DNA of 64,000 nt from Octopus vulgaris (Eukaryota): contig OX597830.1 of NCBI GenBank assembly GCA_951406725.2, positions 24,800,001 through 24,864,000 on the forward strand. The letters are read 5' to 3'. The notes beneath the pieces were generated by a model, which saw only the letters and a list, made by a program, of their open reading frames with translations, made no database searches and was not told where the DNA came from. The stretch's first letter is position 1. Every line of letters starts with the position of its first letter. The position numbers were made by a program, and so were the translations under genes. Shown piece by piece: positions 38,120 through 51,300 of the stretch.

Positions 38120-38355
38120 AAGCAGGCGGCAAGCTGGCAGAAACATTAGCACGCTGGGCGAAATGCGTAGCCGTATTTCGTCTGTCGTTACGTTGTGAGT
38201 TCAAATTCCACCGAGGTCGACTTTGCCTTTCATCCTTTCGGGGTCGATAAATAAAGTACCAGTTACGCACTGGGGTTGATGTAATCGACTTAATACCTAT
38301 GTCTGTCCTTGTTTATCCCCTCTGTGTTTAGCCCATTGTGGGTAATAAAGAAATA
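38120..38355 (+). mobile_element. SINE family B nested in an older opposite-strand family B copy
   Basis: Exact 15-bp TSD ggtacttattcaatc at 38105-38119 and 38356-38370; host copy spans about 38030-38490 on minus. Confidence 0.88.
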
Positions 38356-38527
38356 GGTACTTATTCAATCGACCCCGGAAAGATGAAAAGCAAAGCTGAC
38401 CTCAGTGAAATTTGAACTCAAAACAATAACCCACAAGAATGCCACAAAGAATCTTGTCCAGCATGCTTATGATTCTGCCACTTCACATTTCTACTAAATT
38501 GTAAACTGTTCTTTCTTATTTTTCCAG

Positions 38528-38648
38528 ACTACAATATCGCTAAGTCCATTGTTGGCTCCAACACAACCAATGCAGTCCAACTTCTTTCCACCACTCACTG
38601 TTACAACACCTGCAATTACTTCACCTGTAACAATGCCCGTACCAGCAG
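38528..38648 (+). CDS. MYO15: Myosin XV exon, Pro/Thr-rich (TTISLSPLLAPTQPMQ...PVPA)
   Basis: tttttccag acceptor, CAG|GTAAGA donor; phase 0 to 1. Confidence 0.8.
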
Positions 38649-39022
38649 GTAAGACTACACAGTCAACGTAATTATCACTCACCTGTTGCTACTAAACACT
38701 AATTAGTTATACATACATGCATACCCATACACATTCTCTCCAGCTACCAATTAGTAATATTCTAACCAAGGAATTAATCACCAAGTAATCAATTATTATC
38801 AGCGATCACCAGTTAGTCATTAAGTTTTTAACCAACTAATCATTAGCGAATTAATTAGTTGGCAGCTAATAAAGAATTTAGTAAAAAATTGTCAGCAATT
38901 AAGCACAATAACCCTCTTTCCCTTTTAACATTTACATTAAGTATGTTATTTTTTTTTTTTAATCCATCACTTTTGTACAAAATTTTAAATCTGAATAACT
39001 AGTGTGTGGAATATAATTAATG

Positions 39023-39073
<51 letters not shown>

Positions 39074-39080
39074 TTGTGTT

Positions 39081-39131
<51 letters not shown>

Positions 39132-39428
39132 GTCTTCCTTTTCTCTTATTTTCTCACTCTCCAGTATACATGTTTTTAAAATATACATAACACATAAATA
39201 GAGCCTCGAAGATTGCTTGGAGAATGTATAAGTATGCTTACTTAAAGTATCATAAAAGCCTGAAACTATCAGTTGATAGGAGAAAATGCCAGGAAAGGAG
39301 AAAGAATGACAGCACTTACATAACTGTATAAATAATTCTGCATATAATCTGATGTGTATACACCCTTTCATTCTCTATATCAATACAATTTCACTGATAT
39401 ATACCATTCCGTTTCTCTTTTCACACAG

Positions 39429-39580
39429 GTCTTCTACAAACTATCGACCCAGTGCAGCTAGCAGCTGCACAAATGGCTGCTCAGCAACAAATGGCAGCTC
39501 AGCAACAAATGGCTGCTCAACAACAGCAAGCACAACAAGCACAACAACAAGCTTTGGCTCAGGCCCTGTACAGCCAGATG
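39429..39580 (+). CDS. MYO15: Myosin XV exon, Gln/Ala-rich (GLLQTIDPVQLAAAQMAAQQQ...ALYSQM)
   Basis: ctcttttcacacag acceptor, ATG|GTAAGG donor; phase 1 to 0. Confidence 0.83.
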
Positions 39581-41131
39581 GTAAGGACTAAGTATTATAT
39601 AAGCACTGAGACTGCGTGTGGTGATTGTATGCTTGATGAGGGCAGTGATCTGGGGTTGAGTGACAACAATGTGTCATCAGTTGATGGACATAGTAAAAGT
39701 AATGTTGGTGCAAGGTGTAGATCTTTAATTAGTCATATGCACCAGGTCCATAATGATTCCTGGAGGTTCGTGTAAGACTTTTGGGATCCAAGCAAGAAAA
39801 ATAGAAAATATGGGATCCACTGTCCACATTGTATGGTGGTTGGTGTTAGAAAGGGCATCCAGCTGTAAAACCCCTGCGAAAACAGACTGTGAATCCTGGT
39901 GTAGGTCAAACAGCTCCTGTCAAACAGTCAAACTCATGTCAGCGTGAAAAGCGGATATTAAATGATGGTGATGAAGATGATGATGCTGCTGCTGATGGTG
40001 GTGATGATGATGACAGTAGTATTTTAAGGGTCTGTCAAAAAATTTTGCTTTACATGTATTTAATGCAAGAAACAGCTCAGTTTCTTTCTCTATCATTTTA
40101 CCTGCACAAAATTAATGTGTGAAAAGCAAAATAGGAATTTTGAAAGAAGCATCTATAAAACTAGTTTTTAAATATTGAATGGCTATGGGGATCCACCAGA
40201 ACAGAATAGTAATCAAAGGAGGGAAAATGGTTGACAACCACTGCTTTACATGTTGCTGCAGCTCACAACCATTGCAATAAAAACATAAACCAGATAGCTG
40301 ACCATCCAGCCTGCCTCAAGCAATTGACATAAAAAGCATGGCTGTGTTGCTTCCTATACCATATGATTGTGGTTCAGCCCCACTGCATGGCACTATGGGC
40401 AAGTGTCTTCTACTATAGCCTTAGGCTTGTGGATGGATGGTAGACAGAAGCTGACAAAAGTCATTCATGTGTGTGTGTGTCTCACCATCACTTGACAACC
40501 AGTGTTCATTTGTCTACATCCCAGTAACTTAGCAGTTTGGCAAAAGAGACTGATAGACTAAGTACCAGGATTAGAAATAAAATAAATAAGTACTGGGGTC
40601 GATTCATTCAACCAAAAATTCTTCAAGGCGGTGTTCCAGCATGGCCGCAGTCTAGTGACAAAAACAATTAAGAGATAAAATCTCTCTTCCTCATTCACAC
40701 TGACTGATTTGATATATAGGCCCATCACCAGACTTTGGTGCCTGGTGATGCTAGAGAATGTTCTAGATGGGCACCAGTTCGTATTGCAGAAAGACTTTTG
40801 TAAAACATGTTTCACAAGCCTCAAACAGAAGCCCATCTGGTTCAGGCTCTGGATTGGCAGGCTTCCGTTAGGGGCCTGAGAAACTAAATTGCATAAAACC
40901 CTATCAAACTGTTTTAAATAATATTTGTAAATGTGTTGAATGCTCTTTTCTATCGTGTTCCTACTCATATGTGTGTGTGTGCTTGCACCCCAGCATGGCC
41001 ACAGCATTGATGATGGAATATATTAAAGAATATCGCTTTGAACAAGTGTCTTCTACTATAGCCTCAGGCTGACCAAAGCCTTGTGAGTGGATTTGGTAGA
41101 CGGAATATGAAAGAAGCCCGATGTATGTATG

Positions 41132-41166
<35 letters not shown>

Positions 41167-41396
41167 AGAGTGGTTGGCGTTAGAAGGCATCCAGCCGTAG
41201 AAACACTCCAGATTTGACTGGCCTGATGATTCTGCTCACAGACCAGTAGAACTCCAACCCATGCTAGCATAAAACGGACCTAACGATGATATGATGATAT
41301 ATATATATATACATATGTACATTATTTGAGTATATCTGGATTTCTTATAGTAGTGTGTGCTATTTAAAAGTTTAGTTTTATGTATATATATGTGTG

Positions 41397-41431
<35 letters not shown>

Positions 41432-41503
41432 ATGTATATATATATATGTATGTATATATATATATGTATGTATATATATATATGTATGTATATATGTATA
41501 TGC

Positions 41504-41559
<56 letters not shown>

Positions 41560-44500
41560 TTGTTGTTTGTGTTTGTCCCCATCGCTTGACAACCGATGTT
41601 AGTGTGTTTCCATTCCCGTAACTTAACAGTTCATCAAAAAGTATCGGATAGAATAAGTACTAGGCTTACAAAGACTAAGTCCTGGGGTCGATTTGTTCGA
41701 CTAAAGGCGATGCTCCAGCATGGCCGCAGTCAGATGACTGAAACAGGTAAAAGAACATACATACATACATACAACACTAATTAAAAGGGTGGTTTGTCAG
41801 AGTCACTTCACAAATCAACATCATGTATTTTATAGCCAGTTGATTGGATTTGAACCTATAACATTTTGTCCCAGTCCTTATGTCAACATTAAAGACAACT
41901 GGCCTTTGGAGTTGTTCGAGGAAATTCTGAAAATCATCAAAGTGAAGAAATGATATTAAAATAAACGATTATGAGCTAGGGATAAAGGGAGGCAACTCTC
42001 TTCAGTTTCGCTTTCTATATTTTGTTACAACTTTACTGGTTATTACGGTCATTAACGACTCTTGACATGACGTCAGGACAAAGATACACACAGGAACTGT
42101 TATGGGAGAGTCCTGAACACCCCTAAGTGACTGAAGGTGGACTAACCGATTAAAATAAAAAAGAATTGAGTGAACTGTCAAGGGAGTAGTTGAAGGTGTT
42201 AGCTTGACTGTGTTGGTTTACCGTGTAGATGTGTGTGTTGGTTTAACAGGGTGGTTGAACAGTGAATACTGAGCATTTGCGCTTGAGTAGTACGGAGTGC
42301 ATTCGGTGTTTACGTATTCCTGCAATAAGTTCATCATCATCATCATCATCGTTTAATGTCCGCTTTCCATGCTGGCATGGATTGGATGGTTTGACTGAGG
42401 TCTGGAAAGCCAGTGGCTGCAATCTGATCTGACAACGTTTGTACAGCTTGATACCCTTCCTGACGCCAACCACTGCAAGAGTGTAGTGGGTGCTTTTTAC
42501 ATGCCACCAGTACAGGAGCTAGTAAGGTGGGCCTGGCATCGGTCACGTTCATTTGGTGCTTTTTACATTCCACCAGCACAGGAGCCAGTCAGGGGGCACT
42601 GGCATCAATCACGTTCGGATGGTGCCTTTTACGTGCCACCAGCACAAGAGCCAGTCGGGCAGTCCTGGCAACCACAACCAACTATTTATTTCTATGATAC
42701 CACTTTACATCAGATGTTTTATACCCACATCATAACATGGACACACACACACACATACACCAAATTCACTCGCAAAGTTTTATTCAACTTAGAGCTAAAG
42801 TAGAAGACACTTGCCCAAGGTGCCACAACTGAACCCAAAACCATGTGATTGGGAAGCAAGTTTCTCGAACACTCAGCCAATGCTTGCGCATATGTTCCCA
42901 AGGTGTCTTTTATCTTCAGCCATTTGATTGCGGCCATGCTGGAGCACTGCTTGAAGAATTTTAGTTGAGTGAATCGACCCCAGGATTTAGTTTTATCTTA
43001 AGCCTGGTACTTAATCTGTTGGGGTCTCTTTTACCAAACTGCTAGGTTACAGGGACATAAACACACCAACACTGGTTGTGAAGAGGTGGTGGAAGACATT
43101 CTCAGACACAAGGACACATACACACACATAGATATATACTAACACGCATATGCACATATATGTATGTGTGTGTATTTATCAAACCTAATCAGATGAAAAG
43201 CAGATTTTACATCAGTATGATTTGAACTCAGAGTGTTAAAAATGAGAGAAAATACTGCAAAACATTCTATTCAACACTTGAATAAGTCAACCAATTTGTC
43301 TGCTTATCACCGTTATTTTTTTAATCAGAATTATATAACAATTACAGCAAATTAAACATCCATGCTTGTTACCTGCACCACTCAATATAAACTGATAATA
43401 TCTTGAAACACACCTGTACTGTCTTATGAAATAATGCTCACAATAGACTCAGCAGGTGCTCTGACAAATTTTTAATTCTTCTATAATCTTTAAAATCCTT
43501 TTGTCATTATCCTTATTTTTCCTCTAAATCTGCTTTTCTATTATGAAAACATATCAGGTTGAGTAGATAAAACAGTAGCACAGAGGAGTAAATGATAAAC
43601 AGTACTTAGTTTTGTTGCTCTACTTTGCTGATAGTCATTGTGAAAGGAGAAAGCTTACACATTCGGTTAGTCAACCATATACTATGCTTGATTTAACCAA
43701 TGTGAAAGCTTTGTCCTTTGGTAGTGACTATTATGGCTCTTCTTTCTTAAATATCTTTCTCAGTTATTTTTCTCTATTTATTTACTCTCTCATGTCATTT
43801 TTTTAAAATTCTCAATTATTGAAAAAGAATAACTCAGTTACATAATATTTATATTTAATTATAATTTCTAGTTTTATGCTCCAAAAACAGATATATTGAT
43901 CATAGACTTTGCTGTGTCGTTCGGAGGTTTGTATTACAGATATTTTGGTCTAGGAGTTTGAGTTCACTGAGTGGCATCTTTGGCAAGAGATTTCTATATA
44001 CAGTCTACCACAGCCTTGTCAGTGAAATTTGGTGCAAATCTGCTAAAGAGACCATTGTTGGTTGTAGATATGTTAGACTTCTGTTACCTGGTTTAACACT
44101 GACACTGGGCCCTTGGATCCATTTAGTGGAGTACGTTGTGTGGCCAGCGTTCAGTTTAGATCTCCATCTCAAAAATGCCTTCCATCCTTCCTCCATGAAG
44201 ACCTGGAAAAGTGTCATGAGCACTGCCCTTCCCTTCCAAGCAAGGCCAGCTCTAGGGTTGCTGGTGCCCCAAGCAAGCTGAACTTTGTCGTGTAGTTGTG
44301 GAAATTTTTTTGTCATGGCCTCCATGGCACACCTATCACATGGTATCCTGGGTGGCTACCTGAGTTGCTGGCACCTTTAACCAACTCTGCCCCCAAGTCA
44401 TGTAAAAAGAAAAAAAAGGCAAGAAATGTCTTTGACTTTGTGTCTTTATAAGAAATGTTGCTATGAAAATGTGAAAAAAAGGCGCTGGCATCAATGCAAT

Positions 44501-44748
44501 CCACTTTCTACCTTCCCTGAAAATTGCTGGCCTTGTACCGAAATTAGAATAAAGAAAATGTAAAAGCTGATTACCATCACCATAAATTAAATGTAACACT
44601 ATTCTAAAAATGATCATGAGTAAAAATATGTTTTAGTTTAATTAATTAATTGTTCCAGTACCAAAGAGAGTGATTATGTAAGAAGTTCTTGCAATCCAAT
44701 GTTTATGTATTTTCTTAATCTGTTATGTATTCTATTTGTTTTAAACAG

Positions 44749-45028
44749 CAACAAGCTCAACAGCAGAATTTGGTACAGGCAGCCTTACAACAACAGCAGC
44801 AGCAGCAACAGCAGAATGCTTTGTATCAAGTAGCACTACAGCAACAACAACTGTCACAGCTTCAGAACCAATTTCAACAGGGTACTACTCCTTTGCTTCT
44901 GAATTCAACCATCTTAAATACAACAACCAGCAATAATGAAACTGCCATAACCAATTCAAGCAATATACCTAAAAAAATGCCACCAAAAGTGCTTCCCAAA
45001 CCAACAAAGAAAAGTGTTTTTGATCAGC
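44749..45028 (+). CDS. MYO15: Myosin XV exon, polyQ plus PPKVLPKP (QQAQQQNLVQ...KKSVFDQ)
   Basis: tttgttttaaacag acceptor, C|GTAAGT donor; phase 0 to 1. Confidence 0.82.
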
Positions 45029-45134
45029 GTAAGTACAATCAGCTGTTCCAATTCCTTTGTCACCTGGAATTCCCTTCTGATGTCATCATTCTTCATTGTC
45101 ATCATTGTTTTTATCATGCTGTTATGGTAATGAT

Positions 45135-45453
45135 GACAACAAACAAGTTGACAGCAATATCAGAAATGAAGAAGTTGACAGTAATGAACAAGTTGACAGA
45201 AATGATGGTAATGAACAAGTTGACAGAAATGACGGTAATGAACAAGTTGACAGAAATTACAGTAATGAACAAGTTGATAGAAATGACAGTAATGAACAAG
45301 TTGACAGAAATGACGGTAATGAACAAGTTGATAGAAATGACAGTAATGAACAAGTTGACAGAAATGACAATAATGAACAAGTTGATAGAAATGACAGTAA
45401 TGAACAAGTTGACAGAAACGACAGTAATGAACAAGTTGACAGAAATGACAGTA
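45135..45453. repeat. 27-bp minisatellite (gtaatgaacaagttgacagaaatgaca), about 10-12 copies
   Basis: Read directly; explains the overlapping repetitive ORFs in five frames. Confidence 0.95.
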
Positions 45454-45784
45454 AGATGACAACATTTTCCATGCTGTCATAGATTGGATGAAATATCTTG
45501 AGGCAATATTCTATGGCTACCGTTCTTGAAGCCAACAATTGTTTTTCAAGTAAAATATTTGATTTCTCATCTTTACCATCACACAGCTAATTGCTGTCAG
45601 GCATTTTGTTTACAGTAGGCATAGACAATGTCTCTACATTGGAGAAGTAGTAAATGCAGACATGAGGATACAAACAAGCACACATGCAAGCATGCACATA
45701 TTCACACACACACACATACACGTGTGTGCAGATATGGTGGCTGTCTACTTCTTGCTGAGCTTTTTCTCTTCTGTCTCTAATTAC

Positions 45785-46381
45785 TTATTCCCAGCGAGAG
45801 ACCTTAAATGACTTTTAAGCCCTGTAAAGCATTTGAAATGCTGATCCCATATACTGCAGCAATGTCTCATTTCAGCATTGGCTCCATTTTCTGTCCACCT
45901 ATTAATGACTGTTCAAGTGCCACTTCAATACCCCACATGATCTGCAGAGGCATTTTTGACAAGCAATGCGTGTTTAGATATATCACCTTTCCATAGCTGT
46001 CAGATGTTTTAACACCCACTGTTTTGAGAAAGTATTCTCCACCATACCCAAATTGCAGCCTAATGGCAAATACACAAAGCATATACATTACGATAATGTT
46101 TATTACACCAGTACTGCTTCTGCCCCATATTTGTTTTCATGCTATATGCATATAAGTTGTGGACTGGCAATATGATTCACTTCCAATCTTGTTCGGGTGT
46201 GTAATATTGATAAGCCGCAAAAGTGGCAAAACGTTGATGTCCATCACTACCGGATGGGATTTGGAGTGTTGTTATCTCACCTGTCCATGATTTTCAGATG
46301 ATTTAACCAGGCACTTTGACTACGTATTCTTCACCATGCCAAATTGCAGTCTACTGGCAAATACACAAAGCATATACATTA
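45785..46381 (-). mobile_element. Old RTE-like LINE 3' fragment with internal duplication of about 105 bp
   Basis: Minus strand ends CSIWDQHFKCFTGLKSHLRS (RTE C-terminal Zn-finger-like). 45982-46089 is duplicated at 46275-46381. A similar remnant (KSLAGLKSHIRA) lies at about 16140-16375. Confidence 0.5.
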
Positions 46382-46859
46382 AGTATATATGGTTGATACA
46401 TCCATGTATACATATATATATGTATGATAATCCTTTTTTTTTGGAACATTGGCTCTAGAGACAACACATAAAGCTATAAATAATAGAATGTAGATATTGG
46501 ATTGAAAATCCATTAAGGATAGAAAAAGCCCTGCAAGCAACCTTCAAATTTTTTTTTATCCTAAAGGGGTTTTTCAACTCAATATTTCTATGTTATTATT
46601 CATAGCTTTATGTGATGTGCCTTGAGAGCTAAAGTTCTAACAAAAGAATTATTTTATGCTATCTCAAAAGTTTATCAAATTTTTTATGATACCAACAATA
46701 CACACACACACACATACAGGTATGAGTGCATGAAGAAGCTTGCATCCCAAACACTTGGTTTTGAGTTCTGTCCTATCATATGGTACTTTGGGCAAATTTC
46801 TTCTATAGCCCCAGATCAACTACAGCCTTGGTTCATAGTAGTTATATATATAGTAGTGC

Positions 46860-46889
<30 letters not shown>

Positions 46890-46899
<10 letters not shown>

Positions 46900-48062
46900 T
46901 TAGAGATAAAACCACTATTATGCAACTAGATCTCAAAAAGTATAAAAAATGAAAAGTATAAAAAGTATAAAAATGAAAAGTATAAAAATGAAAAGTATAA
47001 AAATGAATGATCAATAATAAGTAAAAAAAGCTACGTATCTTTCATGGCTACAATTAAATTCGAATTACAATTAAGTTTAAATTCAATTGAAATAAATTCG
47101 ATGTAAAATTATAGTCAATCTTCAGGTTAATGATATTAGTTAAATAAATAAGCAAATAGAGTTAAACAATATTTATTTAAAAAATAAATAAAATAATAAT
47201 TTTTTTTAAAGAAAAAAACTCCATTAACAAAATTTGAAACTTAAAACATTAGGATTATTTCCTACAATACATTTATTATGTTAAATATTTAATTTTTAAG
47301 GTAAAAAAATAGATAAAAATATGTATTTATCTTTTAAGATATAATTTGGCTTTAAAAAAACATAATAAACTATTGAATATCTTTAACTCAGTTATACTCC
47401 AATATTTAATTACCAAATTATTTAACAAAATAATCACTATTAATATTTTTAGATTTAAGTCTACATCTAACAATTATAAAATAATAACTACATAAAAATA
47501 AGTATCTAAATTATAATCAACAAATATAGTAGTTAAAAATCTAAAAGTTCTCTATCAATAAATATATAAACATATAACCAAAAATAAATAAATTAGTCCT
47601 TTATTACTTACATAAATATCATAAATATCTATAGAATATATTTATGAAATTAAAAATCAAATTAAAAACGTATAACTTATCTTTAAAAAAAAACCTTATT
47701 ACTATTTTACGATCTATATACCACAGTGACTAACTAATATCTTAAAATTTACGTTCAGTTATAATAATTATATACTAATAATAATTAAATGTACATATCT
47801 AAATTATCATTAACAACTAAAATGATTATAAATTCAAATTTAACAATCAATAGTTATATAGAATACAATAAAATTTCTTAAATAAAAAAGTTTACTTAAC
47901 TCTCGAAAAGCTTGTCATTAACTAAAATTTTAGATTCACTTCAACATTTAAATTTAATTTGTCAAAATATTTTCGTCGCTTTGATAATAAAATTTTTGAT
48001 AAGTTCACATGCCCAAAAAATTTTAAGTCATATGGAGCTGAGTCAAGCTTATTTAAAAAAAA
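46890..48062 (-). mobile_element. Extremely AT-rich block, probably an eroded Penelope-like element
   Basis: Sharply bounded AT-rich 1.2 kb. Its minus strand ends in CTGAAGA-long stem-GAAA-TACGTA, a hammerhead-like terminus typical of Penelope-like repeats. Confidence 0.4.
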
Positions 48063-48384
48063 GTATATGTAACTCCTAAATTTCACTCATAAATCACTGG
48101 TTGGCCCATGGTGCCAAAAAATGGGCTGGAACCGGAAACCATGTGGTTATGAAGCAAATACTGTATCCACCAAACCATGCCTGCACCTCTATATCAGATA
48201 CTATGTTTGTAACATACAGGGATACAATGTTGCCATGAGATTAACCAGCTAGATTACTATGCCCCACCCACAAGTCGATAAATGATATTGCTGTAGTTAC
48301 TTGCATTCCTCAAGCTGAACATAGACAATCCCTCCTGGCCACCCACCCTGTTTACAGCTGAAACAGTGTTGGTAAGCTGTTATA

Positions 48385-51300
48385 ATCATCATCATCATCC
48401 TCAGTATTTTATACATTCACTTTTTCTGTACTGGTGTAGATTGAGACTGTGTTCTGCAGCCAGATGCCTTTCCTGATGCTCAACCTTATTTGTAAGGTTT
48501 TTTATAGCACTAGATTTTGCATGTTGATATCTTGGTGCTACAAGACATGCACAAACGTATGGATGGTGCATTTTACATGCCACCGGCACAGGTATCGCAA
48601 CCACAATTTCCATTTGATTTCTGATGCTGACGTACTTGACATGATAGGTCTCTTCAAGCACAGCAGGTCGCCCTACGATCCAAGGCACTTTGGAAGGGCT
48701 GGGGCTTCTATGTGAAGCTGGTGCAGGAAACAGCCATGAACTCACATTATTTGTTGGGTCTTCGCAGTCACAGCATATCTCCAGAGGTGTCAGTCTTCTG
48801 TCATTGCCTCTGTGGGACCCAGCGTTCGAAGGTCATGCTTGACCACCTCATCCCATGTCTTCCTGGGTCTACCTTTACCCCAGATTCCTTCAACTGTTTG
48901 GGAGTGGCACTTCTTCACACATCTCTCCTCATCCATCCATAGTACATGACCATATTAGTGCAGACGTCTCTCTTGCACGCCACATCCAATGCTTCTTATG
49001 TCCAGAATTTCTCTCAGGGACTTACACTCTGCCGTGTATGCACACTGACATTACACATCCAGCGGATCATGCTAGCTTCATTCCTTTCAAGCCTACGCAT
49101 GTCCTCTGCAATCACAGCCCATGTTTCACTACCATGAAGCATGGCAGTTCGCACACATGCGTCGTACAATCTACCTTTCACTCTGAGTGAGAGACCCTTT
49201 GTCACCAGTAGGGGTAGGAGCTTTCTGAACTTTGCCCAGGCTATTCTTATTCTAGTGGTAACACTCTCTGAGCATCCACCCCCCACTACTAACTTGGTCA
49301 CCTGGGTAGTGGAAACTATCAACTACTTCTAGTTTCTCACCCAGGAGTGTAATGAAATCTGTTTTCTGAGTATCAATGGTGTCTATTGCCCCTGTGCATC
49401 TGCTGCACACGAAATCTATCTTCTCGGTTAATTTTCCTTTGATGGTGCTGCACCTCTTATGTGTCCATAGCTTACACTGGGTGCATCTTATGGAGTTTCT
49501 ACCTACACCTTTTCTGCAGATTGAGCAGGGCCACCTACCTGAAGGGGTGTGTGGTGTTTTTGCCTTCCTACTTACTAGGACTTTGGTCTTTGCTACATTG
49601 ACTCTAAGGCCTTTTGATTCTAAACCTAGCTTCCACACCCGAAATTTCTTTTCTAGTTCCGGTAGTGATTCTGCTATGAGGGCCAGGTCATCAGCATAGA
49701 GGAGCTCCCAGGGGCAACCCATCTTGAATTCCTCTGTTATTGCCTGGAGGACTATGATGAATAAAAGGGGACTGAGGGCTGAACCTTGGTGGACCCCTAC
49801 TTCTACTCGGAATTATTCACTATACTCATTGCCAATCCTAACCTTGCTGACAGCCTCTCTGTATAGGGCCTGTACAGCCCTTATTAACCATTCGTCAATC
49901 TCCAGTTTCTGCATTGCCCACAGATAAGGGGTCGGGGGACCCTGTCAAAGGCTTTCTCCAAGTCCATGAAAGCTATGTAGAGGGGTTTATCTTTAGCTAG
50001 GTATTTCTCCTCCAGTTGTCGAACCAGGAATATGGCATCAGTAGTGCTTCTACCCGGCACAAATCCAAACTGTATCTCCTCTAAGCAAACTCTCTCCCTA
50101 ATGAGATGGGCTATGACCCTCTCTGTGACCTTCATCACCCAATCCAACAGTTTAACACCCCTGTAGTTATTTCTATCTAGATCATCATCTTTACCCTTGT
50201 AGCAGTTGACTATGGTGCTGCTACACCAGTCATTGGGTATGACTCCATTATGAACTACTTGGTTTACAATGCGGATGACTAGGCCATAGCCCACACCACC
50301 AGATGCTTTAAGCCTCTCAGCAGTGATTCCTGATGGGCCGGGGGCTTTTCCTGGTTTCATACCCTTAATTGCTTTAACTACTAGGGAGCTGTCTATTCAG
50401 ATAGCTGGTCCCTCAACTGGGTCAACATTTGGCAGGCTCTCCACCTCCCATTCATTCTCCACATTCAGCAGTCTCTCATAATGGCTTCTCCAAGCCTCTT
50501 TCTTTTCAGAAACATTGAAAGCAAGTGCACCATCATCCATACGGATGCATTTCTCTCCTGTGACATCACAATTTTCTCTCACACATTGTCTTGCAATCCG
50601 AAATACCTCAGTTCTTTGGTCCTCACGTCGCTGGACATTGGCAAACTTCTTCTTTTCTGCTTCACCCTTGGCTATGTATACCTGCCGCCCTGCCTCCCTT
50701 TTAGCTACCTGGTACAGTTCCCTGCTACCTCTGTCCCTCCAGGCTTTCCAGGCCTGTTTCTTTGCTCTAATGGCTTTGTCTACTGTACTATTCCACCACC
50801 ATGTAACTCTAGGTCTGGCAGGGACTTTGCACCATCCACAGACTCGGTCTGTGGCACTCAGCAAGCTGTCCCGTAGGAATTTCCAGCTAAGGGCGGTGCC
50901 CCAGCATGGCTTCAGCCGGATGGCTGAAACAAGTAAAAGAGTAAAAGAGTAAAAGAGTACCTTCTACGTCTGACGTCTGTAGCTCTTCCTCCCTCTCATC
51001 AAATTTCTTGATGAGGATGTCCCTAAATCTCTGACCATGTGAAGGGTTCTTTAGCTTCCAAATCCTTCTTTTCTGGATTGGTCTGCTTCTTGGTATCCTT
51101 CTGGCCTCGAGCCTAAAGTCACTAATGACTAGCCTATGCTGAGGGGTACAGTCTTCACCCGAGAGGGTCTTTGTATTTAAGAACAACCCTGCATCCCGCT
51201 GTCTGGTGAGGATGAAATCTATTTGGCTAGCAGCGTCCCCTGACTGATAGGTTATAAGGTGGCTGTCTGGCTTCCTGAAGTTAGTGTTGCAGATTAAAAG

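Noticed and set aside
43950-44340. Possible LINE fragment (ORF 44005-44325), plus repeat-like blocks at about 535-665, 1740-2290, 4935-5170 and 5990-6940
   Set aside because: They look like decayed transposon pieces (1740-2290 and 4935-5170 share a 3' block), but motifs are too eroded to assign a family without a database search.
45135-45453. Regular short repeats (also 26455-27135) as possible CRISPR arrays
   Set aside because: Contiguous tandem units without unique spacers, in a eukaryotic intron, with no cas genes.
45867-46381. Two tandem exon-like minus-strand segments (LQFGYGGEYFLK...) with AG/GT borders, resembling mutually exclusive exons
   Set aside because: One copy is frameshifted, and the downstream sequence ends in GLKSHLR, typical of RTE LINE C-termini. 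A duplicated retroelement remnant explains them better.
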